DNA of 64,000 nucleotides from Candidatus Moraniibacteriota bacterium (GTDB lineage: Bacteria > Patescibacteriota > Minisyncoccia > Moranbacterales > GCA-2747515). Below are positions 19,958 through 30,263 of the stretch, piece after piece (the first letter of the stretch is position 1; the number at the start of each line of letters is the position of its first letter). The translations under genes and the position numbers were made by a program. The notes beneath the pieces are model-generated. The model was not told the origin of the DNA, did no database searches, and saw only the letters and a list, made by a program, of their open reading frames with translations. The stretch spans positions 7,234 through 71,233 of the forward strand of contig JAXGYI010000003.1 of assembly GCA_040772365.1 (NCBI GenBank), written 5' to 3'.

Positions 19958-22312
19958 ATGACACAGAAACACACACCTTACCTTGCCGACATTATCATCC
20001 CGCATCACGATCGGGATGACTTGTTGGAGAAATGTCTAGCAACAATCCCGCGAGATCAATTTCATGTGATCGTACAAAGTGGTGGGAGCTTTGCTGAAAA
20101 TTGCAACAAGGGTGCCAAGAAAGCAAAAACAGACAATCTTATTTTTCTTAACGATGATACGGAGATTGATGCAACACTACTTGTGGCACTGTGTGAAAAA
20201 AAATCAGATGTTGTAGGGCTTTCTCAGATCATTCCTAATATTCCCGGGGTTATCTATGGCTTGCAGTGTACTATTGGTCCTGCAGACACTGTGCAGACTT
20301 TGTTTGCTTTTGACAAGGGCGATGTCTTTTTGCCGTCGGGGTACTGTTTTTTGATGCGTCGTCACATGTGGGAGAAGTTAGGGGGGTTTTTTACGGGCTA
20401 TCGGAATGGACATGAGGATGTAGATCTCTTCTTACGGGCCATTGAGCGCGGTGCGACATTTGCGTTTGTAGATGCGCCTGGTCGACATTACCACAGTCAA
20501 TCGTCGGGACGCAGTGACCACATTGATCGCAATGCAGCGCTATTTTATCAACGGTGGGACAAGGCACGGTGCGAAAAGGTGTTACGCAAGCACGCACACG
20601 TGATCTATCGCGATCAACGTGCTCAGTGGAAGAGCGATGCGGCGAGCGCGGATCGGAGCGACTTTTATCACCTTGTGCGCACACACTATTTCACCGTGTC
20701 CACGCGGGAAGTGTCGTGTGCGTCCGTGGAGGATGCTGTGGCGGCGTGGGATCGCGATACCTATCTCACATGTACTGGTGTGTCGCTGGCGGCGGTGCAT
20801 CGCGCACTGGGGCGCGAGCGTCTGAGTGCGCATGCGTGTTTTGCGGTTGTGGAGCGCGCTAATCGTATTGTGAAAATCAATCCCGACGCTGTGCCGGACG
20901 TATTGGCGCACGAAGAACATTTTGCACTATTCATACCGCACAGAGAGTTGACAATGGTGTCGTTTGTATCGCATTCCGCCAATCGGTATGGTGCGGAGAA
21001 ATCACTCAAAGACATGATCCGCCACATGGTGCCGCACGGTATTGTGCCGCATGTCATTTTGCCGGCGCACGGGTTTTTTGTGGAGGATTGTACAGATCTC
21101 CCGATCAGTTATGATGTGACGCCGCTGCCGTGGAGCACGCGGGCGTTTACCGGTGACGAGCAATTCTATCGTAGTACGATTTTTCACGCGGCGATTGCGG
21201 TGGCGTCGCGCATTGCCAACGTCAATACCGATCTGGTGGTCACGAGCACATCAGTGATTGATGAAGGTGCGCTTGCCGCGCGGCTTTTGGGGATTCCACA
21301 TATTTGGCGCGTGTCGGAGTTTGGGTGCGTGGAGCATGGAATAGTATTTTTGGACGATAGTCGTGACCGCTTGCGATTCATCACGGATATGGCAGATACA
21401 GTGCTGTTCAGTTCGCAGGCGCTGCAGGCATACTATGAGGAGCATGTTGGACCGTCTGGAAAATATGTAGTGGGTGGCGAGATGGTAGAGGTGATGCCGC
21501 CGTCGGCGGACGCGCAACGCTTTTTCATGGATGAGAATGCACTGAAAATTGTGGTTGTAGGCAATTTGGCAGAGGGTAAGGGGCAGCATGATGCCGTTTC
21601 TGCTGTGGCTGCGGCAATCCGGCGTGGATCGCTGGTGGAGCTGGCACTTGTCGGCGGGGAAGAGGATCGAGATTATGCGACAAAGGTACGTACGTTGGTG
21701 GAGAAGGAAGGTGTTAGTGCGCAGGTGCATTTTGTTGGCTATGTAAAAACGGTGCGTGATGTGTATGATCAGGCGGATGTGGTACTGACATGCTCAGTGT
21801 TTGAAGGTTTTGGGCGCACGCCAGTGGAAGCGATGTTGTGCGGTAAGGCGGTGATCGGTGCGCGATCTGGCGCGACGCCGGAGCTGGTGCGGGATGGGGA
21901 GAATGGGTTGCTGTATGCACCGGGCGATGTGGATGCACTTGCAGCACATATAGTGCATTGTGCTGCGCATCCCGATCTTGTACAGCGCTACGGGGAAAAC
22001 GGTAGAGCGTTTGTGACACGCATGTTTACAAAGGAAAACTACTGTGCGACGCTGCAACGTGTCTTTGCCACGGCGCAGGCATCGCGTCGTGGGACGATTA
22101 CGGCAGTGCTTGCCGCGCATGTGGCGGCGATGCATGCGAAGGGAGCTGTGATGGATCGCGTGCATGAGCGAGATGCAGTGATTGCGCAGATGCACCAGTC
22201 GCCATTTTGGAAGGCAAAAGAACTGTATGAGAAAGTACGTTTTGCACTCACGCAACCACAGCGGTTTGCGGCAAAATATGTGTCTGCGGGATGGGCACGA
22301 TGGAAAAAATAA
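19958..22312 (+). CDS. Bifunctional glycosyltransferase: N-terminal GT2-like domain plus C-terminal GT4 (group 1) domain
   Basis: C-terminal …VFEGFGRTPVEAMLCGKAVIGARSGATPELVRDGENGLL… (the E-x7-E GT4 motif). N-terminal Rossmann-like GT-A region. C-terminal SPFWKAKELYEK motif. Confidence 0.8.
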   Translation: MTQKHTPYLADIIIPHHDRDDLLEKCLATIPRDQFHVIVQSGGSFAENCNKGAKKAKTDNLIFLNDDTEIDATLLVALCEKKSDVVGLSQIIPNIPGVIYGLQCTIGPADTVQTLFAFDKGDVFLPSGYCFLMRRHMWEKLGGFFTGYRNGHEDVDLFLRAIERGATFAFVDAPGRHYHSQSSGRSDHIDRNAALFYQRWDKARCEKVLRKHAHVIYRDQRAQWKSDAASADRSDFYHLVRTHYFTVSTREVSCASVEDAVAAWDRDTYLTCTGVSLAAVHRALGRERLSAHACFAVVERANRIVKINPDAVPDVLAHEEHFALFIPHRELTMVSFVSHSANRYGAEKSLKDMIRHMVPHGIVPHVILPAHGFFVEDCTDLPISYDVTPLPWSTRAFTGDEQFYRSTIFHAAIAVASRIANVNTDLVVTSTSVIDEGALAARLLGIPHIWRVSEFGCVEHGIVFLDDSRDRLRFITDMADTVLFSSQALQAYYEEHVGPSGKYVVGGEMVEVMPPSADAQRFFMDENALKIVVVGNLAEGKGQHDAVSAVAAAIRRGSLVELALVGGEEDRDYATKVRTLVEKEGVSAQVHFVGYVKTVRDVYDQADVVLTCSVFEGFGRTPVEAMLCGKAVIGARSGATPELVRDGENGLLYAPGDVDALAAHIVHCAAHPDLVQRYGENGRAFVTRMFTKENYCATLQRVFATAQASRRGTITAVLAAHVAAMHAKGAVMDRVHERDAVIAQMHQSPFWKAKELYEKVRFALTQPQRFAAKYVSAGWARWKK

Positions 22313-22324
22313 ATTATCAACACT

Positions 22325-24505
22325 ATGGTGAGTAGGCGACAGGTAAAAAAATATCTCTACTTGGTGCGATCCTTTTTTGCAACAATACGCAGCGAGGGTA
22401 TTGTGCGTACAGTGCGACGACTGTATTATTTCGTGCGTTATGGTAAGGGTGTGGCGTCACGAGAGGAGTACGATCATTACCGCATGCGACATAAAATTCC
22501 CGCACACATGAAGCACGTACGTGAGGTGGTACGACCCACGACGTCGCGTGATGTACCTATGTCATATGATGGCCCACCGATCGATATCATCATCCCAGTG
22601 TACAATGGCTATGAGTATCTTGCACCGCTATTTGACAGTATTGTGGCGCATACTGACATGCCATATCGTGTGATTGTGATTGATGATGCATCACCGGATG
22701 AACAGGTGATGTCGTTTGTAGCACAATTACCAGAGCGCTATCCGTCTGCAGAGATCATTGTGCAACGTAATGCGGAAAATGTGGGGTTTGTTCGTTCGGT
22801 AAATGCCGGCATGGCACAGGCACGGTCGCACTGTGTAGTGCTCAACACGGATACGGAAGTGCCGCCCAGATGGCTATCGCGTTTGCTGCGTCCAATTATA
22901 GAAGATGCTACCATCGCCAGCGCTACGCCAATGACCAATGCCGGTGAAATTTTTAGTTTTCCAGAGATCATCACCAATAATGCGATGCTATGTAATGCTA
23001 CGGTTGCGCAGGTGGACCACTTTTTTCAGAAACTTGTACCACAGGAGTGGATTACGGTGCCGACAGGAATGGGCTTTTGCATGGCGATGAACAAGGCAGC
23101 ATATGACCGTATCGGCACATTTGATGCAGAGGCATTTGGGCGCGGATATGCGGAGGAAAATGATTGGTGCCAGCGTGCCATTGCTGCAGGATTTACCAAT
23201 GTTGTGGTGCCCAATCTTTTTATCTATCACAAGCATGGTGGATCGTTTCTATCACAAGAGAAGCAAGAGCTCTTGGCGCGTAATTTACGCACACTCAATA
23301 AGCGTTATCCCGGATATGATCGGATGATACAGAAGTTTATCACCGCGGATCCATTGCGAGGCATACGTATGGTGTTGCTATTGTGGATTATCACTAATGT
23401 GTGTGCCAAAAAAACAGTGCTGTATATTGACCACGAGTTGGGCGGTGGTGCAAATGCTTACACGAAAGAGCGTGTGGCGGAGATTGTGAAAGCGGGCAAT
23501 GTGGCGATTGTGGTGAGCTATAATGTGACACAAAATGTCTATCATCTAACATATTATAGTGAGGCGCAGCATGGCACTGTAGAGGCGGCAACGCTGGAGG
23601 AGTTTACATGGGTTTTGGCGCAGGTGCCAATGCATGAGATTGTGGTGAGCCAGGTGGTGTCACATCCATCACCGTGTACAGTGTTGACATGGATTACAGC
23701 AATGATTGCACGCACGAAGGCACGAAGTACGTTTTTGGTGCACGACTTTTATGCGGTGTGTCCGAGTTTCAATTTATTGAATGATCAGGGTGTGTACTGC
23801 GGTGTACCACAGGATGTAGAGGTGTGCATGCGATGCATGGCACGCAATAAGGGAGATTTTCGCATGTACAGTAGCGAGAAGAATGTGCGGGCATGGCGCA
23901 GGCAGTGGCACGCGTTTTTACAATCCATGGACACCATCGTGTGTTTTTCACAGTCGTCAAAGGACATTATGGTGCGCGCATATCCTGATATTCTGAGTCG
24001 CATAACGATTATACCGCATGAGGTGCATTACATTACGGAGCAGCCAAAGATTGTACCAAAAACTGCCGAACAGAAAGTAGTCGTTGGCGTTTTGGGAGGC
24101 ATTAACTATCAAAAGGGTTCGCATATTGTGCGTGATATGGTGCGGGAGATTGAGCAACGATGCTTGCCGGTGCAGATTGTCGTTATCGGACACCTGGCGC
24201 TTAAGATGCGCAGTAAGGCATTGACGGTACACGGTGTTTTTAAGCAAGGTGAGATTGTATCGCTTACCGAGCACTATAAAATTGATGTATTTATCATCCC
24301 ATCCATTTGGCCGGAGACATTTTCTTACACGGCAGAAGAGGTAATGCAGATGCAGATGCCACTTATAGTATTTGATCTTGGTGCACCAGCAGAGCGTGTA
24401 CGCAACTATGTGCACGGCAGTGTTGTTGGGGAACGTACGGCTACGGCGCTTCTTGATCACGTGTGTACTGTACAGCAGCGTCGCAGTGCGAATCAAAAAA
24501 TATAA
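22325..24505 (+). CDS. Bifunctional glycosyltransferase (GT2 domain plus C-terminal GT-B-like domain)
   Basis: IDIIIPVYNGYEYLAPLFDSI…VIDDASPD GT2 signature. The C-terminal half has a Rossmann-like GT-B pattern. Confidence 0.7.
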   Translation: MVSRRQVKKYLYLVRSFFATIRSEGIVRTVRRLYYFVRYGKGVASREEYDHYRMRHKIPAHMKHVREVVRPTTSRDVPMSYDGPPIDIIIPVYNGYEYLAPLFDSIVAHTDMPYRVIVIDDASPDEQVMSFVAQLPERYPSAEIIVQRNAENVGFVRSVNAGMAQARSHCVVLNTDTEVPPRWLSRLLRPIIEDATIASATPMTNAGEIFSFPEIITNNAMLCNATVAQVDHFFQKLVPQEWITVPTGMGFCMAMNKAAYDRIGTFDAEAFGRGYAEENDWCQRAIAAGFTNVVVPNLFIYHKHGGSFLSQEKQELLARNLRTLNKRYPGYDRMIQKFITADPLRGIRMVLLLWIITNVCAKKTVLYIDHELGGGANAYTKERVAEIVKAGNVAIVVSYNVTQNVYHLTYYSEAQHGTVEAATLEEFTWVLAQVPMHEIVVSQVVSHPSPCTVLTWITAMIARTKARSTFLVHDFYAVCPSFNLLNDQGVYCGVPQDVEVCMRCMARNKGDFRMYSSEKNVRAWRRQWHAFLQSMDTIVCFSQSSKDIMVRAYPDILSRITIIPHEVHYITEQPKIVPKTAEQKVVVGVLGGINYQKGSHIVRDMVREIEQRCLPVQIVVIGHLALKMRSKALTVHGVFKQGEIVSLTEHYKIDVFIIPSIWPETFSYTAEEVMQMQMPLIVFDLGAPAERVRNYVHGSVVGERTATALLDHVCTVQQRRSANQKI

Positions 24506-24614
24506 TGTATTGCGAAAATTTTTTTCTATGATATTATGATAATGTAGATAGATAGTACGAAATGGTATACGGTGGTTAATCTTTGCGCCCATCATCTGTT
24601 TTTGTGCATCTGCT

Positions 24615-26048
24615 TTGTTCTCCGTGCGCGACGCACAGGCGCAATTTCAAGAGGTACGATTGACATCCGGCTTTTTTGGGGAATATAGCCCATCGTTGTC
24701 TGGGGATAAAATTGTATGGCTTGACAATCGTCATTCAAGCGAAACAGATACAGAGGTTTATTTGTATGATTTTACAACAAAAAAAGAGAGACGCATTACA
24801 AATGTTGCTAGTAGAAAGGATGATGTCTCTATTTCTGGTAATCGGATTGTATGGACGGATTGGCGTAATGGAAATCAGGATATTTACATGTACGATTTAG
24901 CTACAAATGTTGAAAAACGTATCACTACCAATACCAAATCGCAAGTGTATCCAAAAATTGACGGAGATAAGATTGTATGGCAGGACTATCGAGATGGATC
25001 GATAGGGTCCGCTGTGTATATGTATGACCTTGCCACTAACACGGAGAAGCGACTTGTTACTTCCGAGGGGAAATATCAGGAACGCCCCGCAATATCTGGC
25101 AACTACGTTGTATGGTCTGATACAACCAGCAATCCCAATGGGCTACTACGGCTGTATAATATCTTCACTAGTGTCACAACGTATCCCTTGATTAGCGACA
25201 AGGGAGATCGTATGGACTTTGTTGCAATTTCTGGTAATAAGGTGGCGTACAGATATAACGAAAATGGAACAGGGCGGTACAATGTCTACGTCTATGACAT
25301 TGATACAAAAACAGAAGTAAAGGTAACAAAAAATACAACAACGGACCTACGAGATCTGGCAATTTCTGGTAATAAGGTGGCATGGACAGACAATCGCAAT
25401 GGCAATCTCGATATTTATCTTTATGATCTTGCAACTGCCAAAGAAACGCGCATCACAACCAATGCAGAAGAGCAGTCTGAGCCAACAATTTCTGGAAATC
25501 GGCTGGCGTGGAAGGACTTTCGACATGGAGGTGCAGACATCTTTCTTGTAGACTTTTCTCCTACAGCTGTGGAACCGCCAGTAGCTACTCCCAAGCCCGT
25601 TCACCGCTTCTACTCCGAAGAATTTCAAGCACACTTCTACACCATCTCTGAAGTAGAGAAAAACCATATCATTGCCACTTATCCACCCCGCACCTGGAAC
25701 TATGAAGGTGTTGCCTATAATGCGATTAGTGATAGTCTTCCGGGTATGGCGCCGATCCACCGTTTCTATTCTCTGGCTAGTAGAAAGCATTTCTATACCA
25801 TCTCTGAAGAGGAAAAGAACCGTCTCATTGGCGGAGCATATCCGGCAGCACAATTTACTTATGAGGGTGTTGCCTGGTACGCACACCAAAAGAACGCTGC
25901 TGCAACACGTCCGCTGCATCGCTTCTATTCCGAGAATAGTGCTGTGCACTTCTATACGGCATCGGAAAGTGAAAAAAACCACATCATTGCCACCTATCCA
26001 CCCCATATTTGGAACTATGAAGGAGTGGCGTGGCATGCGTTACAATAA
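24615..26048 (+). CDS. Secreted beta-propeller-repeat protein (TolB-like ISGxKIVW…DIYMYDL blades, about 8 copies) with a C-terminal module of three ~45-aa RFYS…HFYT…YEGVAWYA repeats
   Basis: Tandem blades of ~42 aa. In frame upstream of the TTG at 24615 lies a signal-peptide-like segment (…FAPIICFCASALFSVRDAQA) without a canonical ATG, so the true start is uncertain. C-terminal triple repeat at ~25595-26040. Confidence 0.7.
   Translation: MFSVRDAQAQFQEVRLTSGFFGEYSPSLSGDKIVWLDNRHSSETDTEVYLYDFTTKKERRITNVASRKDDVSISGNRIVWTDWRNGNQDIYMYDLATNVEKRITTNTKSQVYPKIDGDKIVWQDYRDGSIGSAVYMYDLATNTEKRLVTSEGKYQERPAISGNYVVWSDTTSNPNGLLRLYNIFTSVTTYPLISDKGDRMDFVAISGNKVAYRYNENGTGRYNVYVYDIDTKTEVKVTKNTTTDLRDLAISGNKVAWTDNRNGNLDIYLYDLATAKETRITTNAEEQSEPTISGNRLAWKDFRHGGADIFLVDFSPTAVEPPVATPKPVHRFYSEEFQAHFYTISEVEKNHIIATYPPRTWNYEGVAYNAISDSLPGMAPIHRFYSLASRKHFYTISEEEKNRLIGGAYPAAQFTYEGVAWYAHQKNAAATRPLHRFYSENSAVHFYTASESEKNHIIATYPPHIWNYEGVAWHALQ
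25605..25813 (+). repeat. Direct repeat copy A (~209 bp, apparently identical to 27092-27300)
   Basis: Nucleotide stretch cgcttctactccgaagaatttcaagcacacttctacacc…tctgaagagga recurs 1487 bp downstream. Confidence 0.8.
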
Positions 26049-26132
26049 GGAAAGAATAAACAGCTCATCATGAGCTGTTTATGCTCTAGAGAACAATACG
26101 ATTATAATCTTAATGTCTTTAATGACAAAAAA

Positions 26133-27535
26133 ATGAAGAAACTATGCCTCTTTATTCTCCCGACACTCTTTTTCATCGGACAGTCAACATGGGCGCAGGA
26201 AATGCGTATCACTCTTAATGATGGAGTGGATCATTATAATCCTGCAATTTCTGGTGATAAAATTGTTTGGAATGATATCGTAGCGGGAATGGAGATATTT
26301 ATCTCTACGACCTGACAACCGGAGAGGAAACGCGTATCACAACGGATGTGGAATCTCAGAGAGATCCCAGTATCTCTGGCGACAAAATTATTTGGAAAGA
26401 TCTTCGAGATGGCTTCTTCGGCAGTATTTATATGTATGATCTTACTACGAAAACAGAAACGCGTATTACGGGAGGTCTCGCAGTTCCATTTTATCCAAAA
26501 ATATCTGGCAATATCATTGTATGGGAGGATCGGAGAGAGGCGGGTAATCCGGACATTTATATGTACGATCTGACTACAGGCACAGAAAAAAAGGTTAGTA
26601 CGTATGCCAGTAAAAAGTCTAAACCAGCTATTTCTGGCAATAACATTGTGTGGGAGGATGAGCGCAATGGCAATTCGAACATCTATATGTATGACCTTGC
26701 TACAAATACAGAAAAAAAGATTAGCACACATACTAGTAGACAGATCGTTCCAGCTGTTTCTGGCAATATCATTGTGTGGGAGGATTATCGTGGTGGCAAC
26801 TGGGACCTCTACATGTATGACCTTTCTACAAACACAGAAAAAAAAGTTACTACGGATACATATGAAAAGAAAAATCCCTCCATCTCCGGTAATATCATCA
26901 CATGGGATGATAATCGTCATGGGAGTCGTGATATTTATATGTACGATCTAGTACGTTAAAAAGAGAAACGACTTACTCATGGGGCGGTATCTTGGAATTC
27001 TAGATTGTCCGGCAATCGAATTGTCTGGAGCGATAGTCGCACGGGAACATATCAGGTCTATCTTGTGTACACAGACAATCAACCTATCTATCGCTTCTAC
27101 TCCGAAGAATTTCAAGCACACTTCTACACCATCTCTGAAGTAGAGAAAAACCATATCATTGCCACTTATCCACCCCGCACCTGGAACTATGAAGGTGTTG
27201 CCTATAATGCGATTAGTGATAGTCTTCCGGGTATGGCGCCGATCCACCGTTTCTATTCTCTGGCTAGTAGAAAGCATTTCTATACCATCTCTGAAGAGGA
27301 GAAAAACGAACTCATCAACAATAAATACCCTGAAGCAAAATTCACCTATGAAGGTATTGCATGGTATGCACACAAAACACCGCAATCTTTCACCACACCT
27401 CTGTATAGATTCTACTCAAAGGCCCATGCCGTTCACTTCTATACCGTTAGTCAAGCAGAGAAGGAATACATTCAAAACACCTATCCGCAAGATATCTGGA
27501 ACTATGAAGGTATTGCGTGGTATGGGATGAGGTAG
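26133..27535 (+). pseudogene. Disrupted paralogue of the upstream beta-propeller/triple-repeat surface protein. It has a signal peptide, propeller blades and the C-terminal repeat module, but is broken by a 1-bp deletion (~26277) and an in-frame TAA (26957-26959).
   Basis: ORFs 26070-26315, 26348-26959 and 27005-27535 read as one protein across a -1 frameshift (gat-atc-gta-gcg-gg where the blade consensus predicts gat-Tat-cgt-agc-ggg). The stop falls where the blade consensus has Thr/Asn. Confidence 0.6.
27092..27300 (+). repeat. Direct repeat copy B (~209 bp identical to 25605-25813)
   Basis: See copy A. Encodes identical aa …RFYSEEFQAHFYTISEVEKNHIIATYPPRTWNYEGVAYNAISDSLPGMAPIHRFYSLASRKHFYTISEEE. 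Confidence 0.8.
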
Positions 27536-27664
27536 GCTCTCATAGCACATAGTCTAGAAATCCGCTATACTTCAAGTCAGCCCAGAGAAAGAAGGGTTGC
27601 TTGATGTCGTATTTATAGGTATGCTATAGGAGATAATATATTCAAAAATAGATACACAGAAAAA

Positions 27665-29743
27665 ATGAAAAACATATTTTATACGATCATATTTCTGAGC
27701 GCTATTTTTTTGTGTAGTGCAACAGCAGAGGACGTGTGTGCCGCTGATTTACATGTGCCGCAAGGTGGCTATAGTACCATTGGTGCAGCTATTAAAGCTG
27801 CGCAGGCAGGCGATCGTGTTATAGTGGCACCGGGTATCTATCGTGAAAATATTAGTATCCGTAAAAATATTGCAGTCATTTCTACGGATGGTGCAGCGCA
27901 CACGGTTATTGATGGTGGCGGACGTGATACGGTGGTACTTTTTGCTGACACTAGATTTGATGGTACGCATTCCGCACGTCTGTCGGGCTTTACAATTCGT
28001 GGCGGTCGTAGTGGTGAGGGACGTGGTGGCGGCGTTACAATGTACAATACGGATGGCATCGTAGAGCAGTGCAATATTATAAGCAATGTATCAACTATGG
28101 ATGCCGGTGCAATCTTGATGAATGATCGTGTGAACGGTGTAGTACGCAACAATACGATTACCGGTAATACTGCTGTGCGCTTTGGAGGTGCGATTATGGT
28201 AGTTTTGAATTCCCATCCACTCATCTATGGCAATACAATTACAGATAACACAGTGAGTGGCAATGCACTGTCGAGTGGTGGTGCACTTTTTGTGGACAGC
28301 CATTCATCGCCACAAGTTGTTAACAACACCATGCGCGGAAATACTGCAGCATTTGCTGGGGGTGCAATCTCGCTGCGCGTGGGCGTGAATGCAGTGATTG
28401 ATGGCAATACGATTGACCGTAATAGTGCCGCATATGGTGGTGGGATTCACATTGAAAGTGAGGGTGGCGGCGCATTACTCCGCGATAACACTATCACAAA
28501 TAATAGTGCGCACGAGAGGGATATTTCTGTAGGCTCTGGTTATGGTGGCGGCATCTCCATCTATGATAGGTCTGTGCCAACCATTGAAAAAAATATCATT
28601 GAGTCGAATTATGCAGATCGTGGTGGTGCAGGAATTGTTATTGCTGAGCAGGCAGTAGCGACGATTGCGCATAATACAATTCGAGGAAATAGCTTGCCAC
28701 AACAGGATGGACGCGTGGGTGGTGGCATCCATGCAACACATGCGACCATGCAGGCTTATAATAACACTATCAGTGATAATACAGCATTCATCGGTGGTGG
28801 CGTGGCACTTTTAGCAGGCGTGACAGCAAGGGTAGAGCAAAACACTATTGTACGCAACACTGTGCCAACATCCACGGCAGTGAATGCGGCAAGTGGTGGT
28901 GGTATTTTTATCCAAAGCTCTGCAGCATCTGCAGTAGTGATCAATAACATCATTACGCAAAATCAAGATCACCAAATTTTTGAAGAGCATAAAAAGGGTG
29001 TACTACGCAATAATATTGTCAATGATGACAGTAAGGGGATGTATTTCAACTGGGACACCTATACACTACACACAGTAACCGACATGGACAGTAGCAGCGC
29101 TGTTAATGCAGATGGTACGGTGAGTGGCACGGAGGGTTTTACAGATAGCGATTTTCGTATTGGCGCAACATCTGTTGGTATTGATAGGGGCATGAGCTCT
29201 GACATGACGTATGATTATGATTATCGCTTGCGCAGTGGTGTGCCAGATATTGGTGCTTTTGAGTATGCGCCATCATACAGTGTAGTACATCCAGTATATC
29301 GTTTTTGGAGTGATACTTTTGGTCATCACTTCTATACACTTAATCAACAAGAGCGTAATCACATTATGGAAACGTACGCTGCGAAGCAGTGGCGGTATGA
29401 GGGCGTGGCATTTCGCGCATTTCCTCTAGCACAGTGCCAGGGAGATCGTGTGTATCGTTTTTGGAGTGACGTTTTTCGCGGACACTTTTATACCATTTCT
29501 ACACAGGAGCGTGACTATATCATGGCATCATATGCGGACAATGTGTGGCGTTATGAGGGTGAGGCGTATTGCGCACAGCGTACTTCTATCACTGGGACAA
29601 CGGCACTCTTTCGCTTTTGGAGTGCGGCGTATAGCGGACACTTCTATACCATTAGTACCGCAGAGCGTGATCAGGTTATTGCAGCATATGATGACAGTAT
29701 TTGGAACTATGAGGGTGTTGGATATCATGTGTATACGCGGTAG
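27665..29743 (+). CDS. Secreted right-handed parallel beta-helix (NosD/pectin-lyase-fold-like) protein with a C-terminal triple RFWS…HFYT…YEG repeat module
   Basis: Signal peptide MKNIFYTIIFLSAIFLCSATA. About ten repeats of the NNTI(T/S)GN(T/S)A…GGAI type (PbH1-like). C-terminal three ~45-aa repeats at ~29285-29740. Confidence 0.7.
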   Translation: MKNIFYTIIFLSAIFLCSATAEDVCAADLHVPQGGYSTIGAAIKAAQAGDRVIVAPGIYRENISIRKNIAVISTDGAAHTVIDGGGRDTVVLFADTRFDGTHSARLSGFTIRGGRSGEGRGGGVTMYNTDGIVEQCNIISNVSTMDAGAILMNDRVNGVVRNNTITGNTAVRFGGAIMVVLNSHPLIYGNTITDNTVSGNALSSGGALFVDSHSSPQVVNNTMRGNTAAFAGGAISLRVGVNAVIDGNTIDRNSAAYGGGIHIESEGGGALLRDNTITNNSAHERDISVGSGYGGGISIYDRSVPTIEKNIIESNYADRGGAGIVIAEQAVATIAHNTIRGNSLPQQDGRVGGGIHATHATMQAYNNTISDNTAFIGGGVALLAGVTARVEQNTIVRNTVPTSTAVNAASGGGIFIQSSAASAVVINNIITQNQDHQIFEEHKKGVLRNNIVNDDSKGMYFNWDTYTLHTVTDMDSSSAVNADGTVSGTEGFTDSDFRIGATSVGIDRGMSSDMTYDYDYRLRSGVPDIGAFEYAPSYSVVHPVYRFWSDTFGHHFYTLNQQERNHIMETYAAKQWRYEGVAFRAFPLAQCQGDRVYRFWSDVFRGHFYTISTQERDYIMASYADNVWRYEGEAYCAQRTSITGTTALFRFWSAAYSGHFYTISTAERDQVIAAYDDSIWNYEGVGYHVYTR

Positions 29744-29794
29744 CTATGTACAAAAGTATCTATCTAGGATAGAGTGTATGCGTAAATTAGTATC

Positions 29795-30253
29795 ATGCAA
29801 TCTATGAGGTATTTATGGATTTTAGTTGGTGGTATTGGCGCCATGATAGTTATGGGATGTAGCAGCGATCCGGTGTCTGTAACACCACAAAAAAAAGACA
29901 TCTTCGCTCCGCAAAACGCAGGGGACACTACGTCGCTTGATGCATCGCAGGATGGCGCATCGTCAGTTGTAGATCATGCAGAGCCACAGTCAGCCGCCAC
30001 CGCACCAGGGAATGATTTGTCACAATCAGATCCGGTGGAGCATGCATCGCAAGCAGTATCATCAGAACATGTATCGCCGAAAGAGCAAGGCACTTCTGCA
30101 GAGGCTACTGCAACAGCAGGGCATGCATCCGAAAAAAAAGAGACGTCTTCCGTGAGTGATGCAGACATGGAAAGGATTGCTGCAGAGGCAAAAAAATGTG
30201 TTGACGGTGGCGGCGTATACAACACATTTGCACAGAAATGCTTTCAAAACTAA
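29795..30253 (+). CDS. Small lipoprotein, low-complexity Ser/Ala/Glu-rich
   Basis: Signal peptide with lipobox …AMIVMGC|SSDP. No recognisable domain. Confidence 0.45.
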   Translation: MQSMRYLWILVGGIGAMIVMGCSSDPVSVTPQKKDIFAPQNAGDTTSLDASQDGASSVVDHAEPQSAATAPGNDLSQSDPVEHASQAVSSEHVSPKEQGTSAEATATAGHASEKKETSSVSDADMERIAAEAKKCVDGGGVYNTFAQKCFQN

Positions 30254-30263
30254 ATAGATAGTG

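Noticed and set aside
26234-26920. 228-aa minus-strand ORF antisense to the propeller-repeat pseudogene
   Set aside because: The periodic repeat DNA gives long open frames on the opposite strand. The product is a Cys/Phe-rich low-complexity sequence with no start context, so it is an artefact of the repeats.
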